Shown: positions 9,522 through 18,536, counted from the first letter of the stretch. The stretch: 32,000 bases of DNA from Candidatus Helarchaeota ASGARD archaeon Hel_GB_B (GCA_005191425.1 SUPR01000031.1:1-32000), one strand, 5' to 3'. Notes: generated by a model from the sequence alone, not told the origin. Translations and numbers: made by a program.

Positions 9522-10403
9522 TTAACATATAGTACATTTTTTAAAGTACATAATATACTTGTTTGTACCTAGAATAGCAACAGTAGGGTCAGCAACAATA
9601 CCTGTAAAACCCGAAATTAGATTTTGAGCTATGAAAGTTAGTCCGCTGCTGTTATATTCTGCAACTGATATATTTTTACCATTATGAAGATAAGTATAAT
9701 ATTTCCCGCTAATAACAACAGTAGATGCAAGCCACCCTTGTGAAAATGAGAAGGAAGTATCTTCTGTAAAATTACCCGTTGCAGAATTACTTGTTGCTTT
9801 AATTAATTGGTTCCCAGTATTTACAAAAAGCACCCATCCACCTGTTGAGTTTTGAAATAAATCTGGATCAGTAATCCTATCTTTAGTGAATATAACGGCT
9901 TCTTCATTAAAATTAATACCATTATCAGATACGGCTGTAACAATTTTATGATTAATTCCGGATGGATTGAGATTACCTAAATATGTTAAACGTATTTTAC
10001 TACCATCTACAATAGGTGCTGGATCAACCGGCATTGGACTATTTGTCCCGTTAATTGAAACGGCATATATACTATAAGTTGACCCATTATTATGACTTAT
10101 AGCTACTTTTAATGAGCCACAGATCCCATCTACAAAATATACATAAATACTTCCATTAAAATAAACAGCTCCCGGCACAGAAGCATGATTAAAAAGAAGT
10201 GTATAATTTACAGTCCAATTTATTCCATCAGTAGAAGTTGCACAGTAAATCTGGTGATAATATGGGCCTCCTTCTGGCATTTTAGTGTTCTTTTGCAGAT
10301 TAAAAATAACTATAGGAATAATTATTGCACCAACAATGATTATAACCAATAGAAGGGAAAATAGTACTATATTCTTTTTTGAAACCAATTTTATCATTCT
10401 CAT
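9522..10403 (-). CDS. Membrane-anchored extracellular beta-propeller protein (Asp-box/BNR, GH43/GH32-like clan)
   Basis: A single N-terminal TM helix; Asp-box motifs STDGINW, SHNNGSTY and SDNGINF; repeated DP motifs (VDPAP, TDPDL, ADPTV); many N-x-S/T sequons. Confidence 0.6.
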   Translation of the reverse strand: MRMIKLVSKKNIVLFSLLLVIIIVGAIIIPIVIFNLQKNTKMPEGGPYYHQIYCATSTDGINWTVNYTLLFNHASVPGAVYFNGSIYVYFVDGICGSLKVAISHNNGSTYSIYAVSINGTNSPMPVDPAPIVDGSKIRLTYLGNLNPSGINHKIVTAVSDNGINFNEEAVIFTKDRITDPDLFQNSTGGWVLFVNTGNQLIKATSNSATGNFTEDTSFSFSQGWLASTVVISGKYYTYLHNGKNISVAEYNSSGLTFIAQNLISGFTGIVADPTVAILGTNKYIMYFKKCTIC

Positions 10404-10667
10404 TTATTTGAATTTTAATAATTTTTTAATTTGACAAATTAATTAAAATTATTATTTAAATAATTTTTAATGCTAAATAATAATTTATAAATAATTTTTA
10501 AATTTTGATGAAAAATTATTATTATTTATGTCTTAAACCCGACTGTATTCATATTTGATTATAATATTTGATTTTAAAATATGTATTTTTTATCTACGTC
10601 ATTTATTAAATTTCTTGATGTTTTTAAAATAATTCAAGCGTATTTTAAATTTAATAATGAATAAATA

Positions 10668-10970
10668 TCAGAGATATTCCTTTAACTTTTCAATTGTATT
10701 TTTCCCATAATCTGTAATTTCATAATAAACATATCTATTTATTTTTTCTTTTTTTATTAAGTTTAATTTGACCAGTTCATTTAGGTATAACCTAATACCA
10801 GAGGATGTCCTTTTTACTTTTCGAGCAATCTGAGCTTGGTAGAGTGGAGCATCATTATCAAGCAGTATCTTGATTATTTTGAATTTTATTTTGTTTGCCT
10901 TTAATTTGAACATATTTATGAATTCTTCTTCGCTAAATTTTTTCCAGATAGTTTCTTTTTGTTTAGACAT
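10668..10970 (-). CDS. Winged helix-turn-helix transcriptional regulator (ArsR/MarR-like)
   Basis: 100 aa with LYQAQIARKVKRTSSGIRLYLNELVKLNLI HTH and a YYEITDYGK wing. Confidence 0.8.
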   Translation of the reverse strand: MSKQKETIWKKFSEEEFINMFKLKANKIKFKIIKILLDNDAPLYQAQIARKVKRTSSGIRLYLNELVKLNLIKKEKINRYVYYEITDYGKNTIEKLKEYL

Positions 10971-11139
10971 TTATCTCAATTCTTGAATGTTAATAAGAAT
11001 AATAAATTTCAGTTTATTTTCAAATTAATATTTAAATAATCAAATGATATGAATTAAAACCAATTAAATTTTATTAATAGAGTTAGAGTCAATTATTATT
11101 CTTTTAGAGATTATTTTTTGAGGATATAAGTGTAAGGTT

Positions 11140-11652
11140 TCATATTTTATTTTTTTCTAATAAAGAGAATGCGAGATTAACTGCGTCTATACCATTTTTT
11201 GCAGAAAATACTCGGTAATTTTTATTATTTACATATTTATTGTAGAATTCTTCAGACACACCACCAGATTTGGGTATTGTTATCAATGTTTTATTTAGTT
11301 TCAAGGAATAATTTGCCTCTATTCTGGTACCTAAAACTCCAGCAATACAAATCAAAATATCAGATGATTGGACTACCAGAAAATTTCTATTTTCGCCCAT
11401 ATTAGTAGGGATCTTAATTGTGACATATTGATTAGCTTCATCTGGGCTTATTGATGGTAAAATACCAACGCTTATACCATTAAAGTCATGACAACCTTTA
11501 CATGCTGATTCCATTACTCCGCCTTTACCCCCACAAATTAAAATACCCTTCTTTCTTGCTATTTCCGCTCCTACATCATAGGCTATCTTTTTAATATCAT
11601 TAGATATACCAATGCCACTCCCGATCACACCAATTTGGAACATTTTAAACAC
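11140..11652 (-). CDS. TIGR00725 family LOG/SLOG-superfamily Rossmann-fold protein
   Basis: IGVIGSG, LICGGKGGVMESACKG, SVGILP, RNFLVVQSSD and GVLGTRIE motifs. Confidence 0.85.
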   Translation of the reverse strand: MFKMFQIGVIGSGIGISNDIKKIAYDVGAEIARKKGILICGGKGGVMESACKGCHDFNGISVGILPSISPDEANQYVTIKIPTNMGENRNFLVVQSSDILICIAGVLGTRIEANYSLKLNKTLITIPKSGGVSEEFYNKYVNNKNYRVFSAKNGIDAVNLAFSLLEKNKI

Positions 11653-11653
11653 A

Positions 11654-12454
11654 TTATAAAGTGATTTCCATTTCTTTATTTAATTCTAGTACTTGTAATT
11701 TAGTGTCAGGATGTTTTTCTTTTAATATTTTTTCAATTTTATCGATTTGATACATGTAATAATCGCTTAAAGGGGGAAACGAATCATCAAAATGTGTGGG
11801 AATAACCAATTTAGGACTGAAAATTTCAATATATTTTATGGCATTTTTCCATGCATCTCTCCTTCCAGCAACAGGAATAATTAAGACATCCGTTGAATAA
11901 TCTTCTTCTTTAAATAAATCTTTACTAAATCCTAATGACCCAAAAATAGTGACTTTTTTATTATCTTCTTTAAGTAAATTGAAAATCCACCCTAAAACTT
12001 CACCCTTTTTCCAGCTTATCAAATCTTTACCTGAAACTAAAAGCTTGTAAGTACTCCATCTAAATATTTTTCGTATAATGGTCCCAAAATCAAAAGTAAT
12101 ATGTTTACCTTTAATAGCTTTTACTGTAAAATCGTCCATCTCAAATGAATCGCCACTATTAACTTTGACCACTAAATTTTCGTCTAATCCTTTATTTTCA
12201 ATTGCAACTTCTGCTGCAGGTGTAGAAACGTAAACCTTTATTCCCAGTTTTTTTACAAGATAAGGTGTATCTGCAAAATGATCAAAATGACCATGAGTAA
12301 TAAAAATATAATCTGCTTTTTGGATCATATCTTTATTTATCTCAGGTTTAATAGGATATGCATTTTTAAACCTAGAAAGCCATGGATCCATTAAAATAAT
12401 ACTTGACCCGGTCTTAATTTCTAAAGCAGCGGTCCCAAGCCATCTTATTTTCAT
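11654..12454 (-). CDS. Metallo-beta-lactamase fold hydrolase (UPF0173/UlaG-like)
   Basis: IRWLGTAA, MDPWL, THGHFDH (HxHxDH) and IPTHFD. 1-nt gap to the downstream TIGR00725 gene. Confidence 0.88.
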   Translation of the reverse strand: MKIRWLGTAALEIKTGSSIILMDPWLSRFKNAYPIKPEINKDMIQKADYIFITHGHFDHFADTPYLVKKLGIKVYVSTPAAEVAIENKGLDENLVVKVNSGDSFEMDDFTVKAIKGKHITFDFGTIIRKIFRWSTYKLLVSGKDLISWKKGEVLGWIFNLLKEDNKKVTIFGSLGFSKDLFKEEDYSTDVLIIPVAGRRDAWKNAIKYIEIFSPKLVIPTHFDDSFPPLSDYYMYQIDKIEKILKEKHPDTKLQVLELNKEMEITL

Positions 12455-12497
12455 TTTTCATCACAATTTTAAATTTTTTTTATCATTATTTCTACCT

Positions 12498-12518
12498 TAA
12501 TAATAATAATAATAATAA
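12498..12518. repeat. (TAA)7 simple sequence repeat in the divergent MBL/KaiC intergenic region
   Basis: Seven perfect TAA units read directly from the sequence. Confidence 0.85.
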
Positions 12519-12742
12519 CAATTTTAAATTTGCTTACATCCTTTAAGATTAAAAAAAAATATGAGTATAATAAAAAGGCCCAAGATTTCTGATTTATTAT
12601 TAGTATTAGGTTAAATACCAAGAATAGTTATTTAGATTTCTCTAAAATATTGCCAAAATTTTCAATATATTTGGTAAAAAACTTGAATTTTATTTCCAAA
12701 AATAAATTTAGTAATAGAGAGTTTTTAATTTATTGATAAGGA

Positions 12743-13522
12743 ATGGAAACGACAACAATATCAAATAAGGATTCTGAAGTGGAAAAAAGAGTTCCAACTC
12801 TAATTAATGGTTTTGATAAATTAATTGAAGGAGGATTTGTAAAAAATAGTTTAAATTTGATTAGTGGGCCAGCAGGATCTGGGAAAACAATTTTTTGCTT
12901 GCAATACGTATATAATGGGGTAAAATATCTAAAAGAGCCCGGCGTTTTTATTACATTAGAAGAAAGCGTCGAAAGTATAAGAAGTTCAATGAAGAGATTT
13001 GGAATTGATTTAAGAAAATACGAGCGTCCTGACAAGTTTAGTCTTGCAGATTTGGGTGCAATAAGAAAAGAACTGTCAATTGAAGAAGAAGTTCAATCAG
13101 GTGGACTTTTAGATTTGGACTCGTTAATTGAATATATAAAAGGGGTAATAAGTCTGACAGATGCAAAAAGGCTTGTATTGGATTCATTGACGGCTATTGG
13201 AATTAAATACCATGAAACAAGTACAATTCGACAGGCTTTATTTAGGTTGGGCAGATTTTTAAGAGATTTGGGAAGTACTGTTCTAGTGACGACAGAGTCG
13301 ATCCCATACCAAAATAAATACACCAGATTTGGTATTGAACAATTTATTGCAGACTCTTTTATTCTTTTAAATTTAACAGAAATAAATGGAATATTAAAAA
13401 GAACAATATTAGTAAGAAAAATGAGGCATACTAATCATGATTTGCACGTTCACCCCTACAAAATAACTTCAAATGGAATAGAAATATTAAAAGGAAGAGA
13501 TTTTTACAATATTAAATTTTAA
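12743..13522 (+). CDS. Single-domain KaiC/RAD55-family RecA-like ATPase
   Basis: RVPTLINGFDKLIEGG, Walker A GPAGSGKT, ITLEES, Walker B LVLDSLT, ADSFILL and VRKMRH. Confidence 0.92.
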   Translation: METTTISNKDSEVEKRVPTLINGFDKLIEGGFVKNSLNLISGPAGSGKTIFCLQYVYNGVKYLKEPGVFITLEESVESIRSSMKRFGIDLRKYERPDKFSLADLGAIRKELSIEEEVQSGGLLDLDSLIEYIKGVISLTDAKRLVLDSLTAIGIKYHETSTIRQALFRLGRFLRDLGSTVLVTTESIPYQNKYTRFGIEQFIADSFILLNLTEINGILKRTILVRKMRHTNHDLHVHPYKITSNGIEILKGRDFYNIKF

Positions 13523-13534
13523 AAAGGTGTTAAA

Positions 13535-14407
13535 ATGTTTAAAGGGCTGTTTATAATTGAAAATGATAATATTATATATAGTTTAGCTTTACAACAAAAC
13601 ATTTTTAATGTTGGTTATGATTATTACTATGATTTTTTAAAGACTTCAGCAGATTGGGAAGAAAGACATGATTCAGAGATGATTTTTGATGTAATAGCTG
13701 GAAATGTCTGTTTATATTACAAATATATCCAAAATTATAATTTAATTTTAGTAATAATTGTGGATTTATATAATAAAGGAGAGCAGATTAAGGAGATTTT
13801 TCGGGAGGTCAGTTCAATTTTAGAAGATAAATCTTTAGACCTTTTAAAGGATGACGCCCGTTTTAAGACATTTACGCAACTATTTTTAACATTTCAAGAA
13901 CATATTCCAATTAAAATTTCACTTGTCGGGTTTGGAGGGGTCGGAAAAACGACTATATTGAAATTACTAAAAGAACAAGAACTCCCTACTACCCATAATC
14001 CAACGATATTAGCCGATATTACGCAATATAATTTAAATGGTATTCATTTCAATTTTTGGGATTTTGCAGGACAAGTTGCTTATAAAAATGTCTGGCCGAA
14101 ACTAATTAATAAATCAGATTTGGTCATTGTAGTTACTGATTCTTCGCAGAAAAATGTATCTTTATCAAAATTTTTTCTTGATTTAATTTTAAACATTGTA
14201 CCTTATTCTAAAAAAATTATCATCGCAAATAAACAAGACACGCCAAATGCTATAGATGTACCACGTATTAATCAAATTTTAGGAGAAAATACTATTCCAT
14301 TTGTTGCTATTGACCCAAATTATAGATCAATTCTCTTAGAAAATATTTTTAATGCTTTAAACTTAATAACAGAGGGAGAACAAATTGTGATTCAATCAAA
14401 TTATTAA
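13535..14407 (+). CDS. Small GTPase with N-terminal longin-like domain (Asgard-type)
   Basis: G1 GFGGVGKT, G2 PT, G3 WDFAGQ and G4 NKQD in the C-terminal half. The roughly 125-aa N-terminal region has a beta-beta-alpha-beta-beta-beta-alpha-alpha pattern suggestive of longin (fold inferred). Confidence 0.85.
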   Translation: MFKGLFIIENDNIIYSLALQQNIFNVGYDYYYDFLKTSADWEERHDSEMIFDVIAGNVCLYYKYIQNYNLILVIIVDLYNKGEQIKEIFREVSSILEDKSLDLLKDDARFKTFTQLFLTFQEHIPIKISLVGFGGVGKTTILKLLKEQELPTTHNPTILADITQYNLNGIHFNFWDFAGQVAYKNVWPKLINKSDLVIVVTDSSQKNVSLSKFFLDLILNIVPYSKKIIIANKQDTPNAIDVPRINQILGENTIPFVAIDPNYRSILLENIFNALNLITEGEQIVIQSNY

Positions 14408-14442
14408 ATTTCTACTTTTAATGCCATTTATTTAATCTGAAA

Positions 14443-14455
14443 AATATTTAAAAAT
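14443..14455 (+). promoter_or_regulatory. TATA-like element AATATTTAAAAAT upstream of protease paralog 1
   Basis: Ends 19 nt before ATG 14475. An identical 13-mer lies upstream of paralog 2. Confidence 0.45.
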
Positions 14456-14474
14456 GTAAATACAATTAATTACT

Positions 14475-15530
14475 ATGGAATTTTGGAAAAAATTTTTTAT
14501 ATTTGTTGGAATTCCATTCTTGATTTTTTATATTTTTATGATCATAATATATTTTGCGTTTCTTAGCAGTATTTGGTTAGTCGCGTTAATTGTGGGCGTA
14601 TTTTGTCTCCGTAAAAACAGAATATGGTGAAGGCTTAGTAAATTATCAATAGCAATGTTCATTTGTGTTTTTATTTTAATTTCAAATCCGATTTACTGGC
14701 CTTCACAAATTTATAGACACTTAGATACTTCTACAATTATTACTCCTAACGCCCCGGCAGTTCAACATCTTAATGATACATCACAATTTTGGGCATACAT
14801 AAATTCCACTTATGGAATAAATGGACCATGTTACAAATCCTTAACTGATTATCAAAAAGTCCATTTGGTGGAACATTTTATCTTAGACAAAATTCAATAT
14901 TTAAATATCCAATATATTTGGTTTGTAATTGACTATGTTGCAACTCCTACAGAAGTTTTAGAACGAGGAGTAGGCGATTGTCAGCATCGGACAGTTGTAA
15001 TGGTCTCATTTCTTATTTACTTAGGATTTGATGCGTATTGTGCGGAGTGCCCATTGCATTGGTATCCAGTTGTATTTTTAAAAAATGGTTCTATTACTTA
15101 TTTATATCATGTAAATTGGACGCAACCTGAAATCTTGATTAATGACCATAACAAAATTTTTTTAATGGATTTACCAACGAGACTTTATGACGCTCTAACC
15201 CATTTTTCACTCAATGAACCGTTAAATGCTCTATTAAACACGCCGTTTTTCTGGATTATATTGATCCCTCTTTCTTTTGGTATGTCCGGATCTTTAGTAT
15301 TAATTATAAAAACATCAGGAAACCCATCAAAAAAGAAAAACTTATACAATATTTTATTTGGTGGAATATCACTAATAATTGGTTTATTATTTACTACGAT
15401 TTTAGGTAATATCTACATTCCAATAAGTTTAACTATAATACTTATTACAATAATTATAACAGTCCAATTAATTAGCCATAATTTTTTTCTATTTAGAAAA
15501 TTAAGCAGAAACAATAAGAATGTAAGTTAA
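14475..15530 (+). pseudogene. Membrane-anchored transglutaminase-like (BTLCP/LapG-like) cysteine protease, paralog 1, interrupted by in-frame TGA at 14628-14630
   Basis: Frame from ATG 14475: MEFWKKFFIFVGIPFLIFYIFMIIIYFAFLSSIWLVALIVGVFCLRKNRIW*RLSKLSIAMFICVF..., colinear with the N-terminus of paralog 2. The track ORF 14655..15530 is the post-stop part. Motifs IDYVATPTEVLERGVGDCQ and PLHWY. Confidence 0.75.
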
Positions 15531-15555
15531 TTTCATTCATTTATTATTCTTTGAT

Positions 15556-15568
15556 AATATTTAAAAAT
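15556..15568 (+). promoter_or_regulatory. TATA-like element AATATTTAAAAAT upstream of protease paralog 2
   Basis: Ends 22 nt before ATG 15591 and is identical to 14443-14455. Confidence 0.45.
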
Positions 15569-15590
15569 CTCTTTAATCTAAACGATATTT

Positions 15591-16670
15591 ATGATTTGGC
15601 GTAAGTTATTCATTTTCTTAGGAATTCCTCTTTTGATATTTTATATTTTCATGATGACAATTTATTTTGGATTTATAAGCACGATTTGGTTTATAGCTTT
15701 ATTAGTAGGGCTTAGCTGTTTAAGGAAAAATAAATTTTGGAGGAGGACGACAAAAATGTCCATAGCCCTTTTTATATTTATGTTTATATTAATATCAAAT
15801 CCGTTATATTGGCCACAGCAAATTATGCGACATTTAAATACTTCTTTAATAATAACGCCAAACGCACCGGCTATACAACAATTGAACGGGACATCTCCGG
15901 GTACCTTTTGGTATTACATGAATACTACCCATAATGTTAATTCTTCTTTTTTTTATAACAATTTAAATGAACCCCAACAATTACACTATATAGAAGAATA
16001 TGTCTTATGGAAAATTAAATATACATATATTTATAACGTCTATGGAGTAATTGATTACGTAGCAACTCCTACAGAGGCGCTCCAAGTAGGGACTGGAGAT
16101 TGTCAGTCTAGAACAGTGGTCATGACTTCTTTTTTGATATATTTAGGATATGATGCTTGGGCAGTAGAAACCCCCTTTCATTGGTATACTCGAGTTTATT
16201 TAACTAATGGGTCATATATATATCTTTATCGTCATAATGGGACTGATCCCATTGTTAGAATAAATGACCATTCAGTAATTTTTGAAAAAAACGTATTTGA
16301 AATATCTTTATTAATTTTACAACATAAAAAAATAAACGACCCTATTAATTATTTTATAAGACAGCCGATATTTTGGACGGTTTTAATTCCATTATCGTTT
16401 TTAATAGCATATATATTTGTATTAATAATTAGGACCTCTGGAGTTCCAACACAGAAAAAGAAGATGACGAATATCTTGTTTGGTGGGACATTCTTAAACC
16501 TTGCATTTTTATTTATTTTAGCCATTTCGAGTCTATACCCACCAATCTCCGCAACATTATTATTAATTACAATAATTCTAGAAGTACAATTAATTAGTCA
16601 CAATTTTTTTATGGCACCAGAGGCAGTTGATTTGGAAAATAGTAATAATAAATTGAAAGAAGGAAAATAA
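15591..16670 (+). CDS. Membrane-anchored transglutaminase-like (BTLCP/LapG-like) cysteine protease, paralog 2
   Basis: N-terminal hydrophobic helices, a soluble domain with YGVIDYVATPTEALQVGTGDCQ and PFHWY plus six N-x-S/T sequons, and three C-terminal hydrophobic helices. Confidence 0.75.
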   Translation: MIWRKLFIFLGIPLLIFYIFMMTIYFGFISTIWFIALLVGLSCLRKNKFWRRTTKMSIALFIFMFILISNPLYWPQQIMRHLNTSLIITPNAPAIQQLNGTSPGTFWYYMNTTHNVNSSFFYNNLNEPQQLHYIEEYVLWKIKYTYIYNVYGVIDYVATPTEALQVGTGDCQSRTVVMTSFLIYLGYDAWAVETPFHWYTRVYLTNGSYIYLYRHNGTDPIVRINDHSVIFEKNVFEISLLILQHKKINDPINYFIRQPIFWTVLIPLSFLIAYIFVLIIRTSGVPTQKKKMTNILFGGTFLNLAFLFILAISSLYPPISATLLLITIILEVQLISHNFFMAPEAVDLENSNNKLKEGK

Positions 16671-16671
16671 T

Positions 16672-17322
16672 ATGACAGATTGTTCAGATTGTACCAAAAA
16701 TAAATGTTTATTTGGTCCTAAAAATAAAGATCCAAATTGTATGATGAATCAATATCCAGATGCAATAAAAAATGCTAGAGAAATATATGAAAAAGATGTA
16801 GAAATTAAAGAGTGGGTCAAAGTCGCTAGTATTGTAGAGGCAACTGGTTATTGTGAATGGCCTAGATTAAAAGATACTATAGAATTCGCCAAAGGAATGA
16901 ACTTTAAGAAAATAGGAATTGCGTGCTGTATAGGACTATTGAATGAAGCTAAAGAAATAACTCAAATTTTAACTAACTATGGATTTGATGTCCACGTAGT
17001 AATGTGTAAAGTAGGGGGTTTTAAAAAGTCAGATTTGGGAGTCCCACAAGATTGTATTATGACATCAAAAACTGGATATCTTATTGGCACTATATCATGT
17101 AATCCAGCAGCGCAAGCTCTAATTTTGAATGAAATCGATACAGACCTAAATATAATCGTAGGTTTATGCGTTGGACATGATATGATTTTCACGAAATTAT
17201 CAAAAGCACCAGTAACTACCCTAATAGCAAAAGATAGGCGACTCCAGCATAATCCAGCAGCTATTTTATATACTCATTATGGGAGAAGTTTTATTCAGAA
17301 AGATCTTTCACTCCTAAAATAA
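16672..17322 (+). CDS. DUF1847 family Cys-rich metal-binding protein
   Basis: CSDC..C, EATGYCEWPRLKDTIEFAK, IGIACCIGL, CKVGG, CNPAAQA, GLCVGHD and VTTLIAKDR...HNPAA. Confidence 0.85.
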   Translation: MTDCSDCTKNKCLFGPKNKDPNCMMNQYPDAIKNAREIYEKDVEIKEWVKVASIVEATGYCEWPRLKDTIEFAKGMNFKKIGIACCIGLLNEAKEITQILTNYGFDVHVVMCKVGGFKKSDLGVPQDCIMTSKTGYLIGTISCNPAAQALILNEIDTDLNIIVGLCVGHDMIFTKLSKAPVTTLIAKDRRLQHNPAAILYTHYGRSFIQKDLSLLK

Positions 17323-17356
17323 ATTTCTAAAATTGAAAATTTGGGGCATTTACCAA

Positions 17357-18532
17357 ATGAAAAAAATTGCTTCCAATAAATTAGATAATATAAAAACTTC
17401 AATATTTTCAATTATGACTGAGATGGCTAATAAATATAATGCAATTAACTTATCTCAAGGGTTCCCAGATTTTCCTGGTCCTGAATTTCTGAAGGATGCT
17501 GCATGTAAGGCAATTCGAGAAAATAAAAATCAATACGTCCCGTCTATTGGAATTCCTGAGCTCCGAGAAGCAATTTCAAGAAAATATAAGCGCTTCTATA
17601 ACTTAGATTTTGACCCTAATACTGAAATTACTGTTTTTTCAGGGGCTACAGAAGCTTTATACAGTACATTATCGGGTATTTTAAATTCTGGAGATGAAGT
17701 TATATTATTAGAGCCATGTTATGATGCTTATGCACCAGTTTGTGATTTTAATTATTCAAAACCTAAATATATAAGATTAGAATATCCCGACTTTAAAATT
17801 AGTCAAGGACAAATACAAGAAGCATTCAATGAAAATACAAAATGTATAATAATTAACACACCAAATAACCCTACGAGCAGAGTTTTTGATAAAAATGAAT
17901 TAAAATTGATAGGCGATCTTTGTGTTGAAAATGACTGCTATATTATTACTGATGAAGTATATGAACATATTACATTTGAGAAAACACACACACCAATGGC
18001 AAGTATTAAGGGATTAAAAGATCGCGTAATAACTATATCATCTACCGCAAAAACCTTTAGTCTAACTGGCTGGAAAATTGGGTTCGCTCTAGCTGATGAA
18101 GATATTACTAGACCCATAAGAAATTTTCATCAATTTGTTACTTTTTGTACTCCAGGACCATTTCAGTATGCTATGGCTGAAGCAATGGATCTTAAACCCA
18201 ATGACCCTTACTTTAAAAATTTAAAAGAGCAATATCTTGAACGTCGTAATTTATTAAATTCTAAACTTATTGAAGTCGGCCTTAAAACCATCCCTACTGA
18301 AGGTACCTATTATATTGTGGCGGATATAAGTTCATTTAAAATAACTAATGATGTAGAATTTTGCGAATTTTTAACTAAAAAGATTGGAGTTGCAGCAATT
18401 CCAATGAGTGCCTTTTATTATCATGAAAATAAGGTCGATAAATTAATTCGTTTTTGTTTCTCTAAAAAGATCGAGAACTTAGAAATGGCTGCAGAAAGAC
18501 TGGAAAATTTAAAAAGTTATTTAAAAGAATAA
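17357..18532 (+). CDS. PLP-dependent class I/II aminotransferase (YbdL/glutamine-kynurenine transaminase-like)
   Basis: AINLSQGFPDF, NTPNNPT, DEVYEH and the PLP lysine motif STAKTFSLTGWKIG. ATG 17357 is preferred over TTG 17333. Confidence 0.9.
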   Translation: MKKIASNKLDNIKTSIFSIMTEMANKYNAINLSQGFPDFPGPEFLKDAACKAIRENKNQYVPSIGIPELREAISRKYKRFYNLDFDPNTEITVFSGATEALYSTLSGILNSGDEVILLEPCYDAYAPVCDFNYSKPKYIRLEYPDFKISQGQIQEAFNENTKCIIINTPNNPTSRVFDKNELKLIGDLCVENDCYIITDEVYEHITFEKTHTPMASIKGLKDRVITISSTAKTFSLTGWKIGFALADEDITRPIRNFHQFVTFCTPGPFQYAMAEAMDLKPNDPYFKNLKEQYLERRNLLNSKLIEVGLKTIPTEGTYYIVADISSFKITNDVEFCEFLTKKIGVAAIPMSAFYYHENKVDKLIRFCFSKKIENLEMAAERLENLKSYLKE

Positions 18533-18536
18533 TAAT

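Noticed and set aside
10451-10464. 14-bp palindrome ATTATTTAAATAAT and similar A/T-only inverted repeats in intergenic regions
   Set aside because: Composed only of A/T in very AT-rich DNA, so expected by chance.
14628-14630. TGA as a selenocysteine codon (some Asgard archaea encode Sec)
   Set aside because: The TGA aligns to Arg, not Cys, in the paralog and lies in a TM-adjacent linker far from the catalytic Cys. I could not identify a SECIS-like hairpin.
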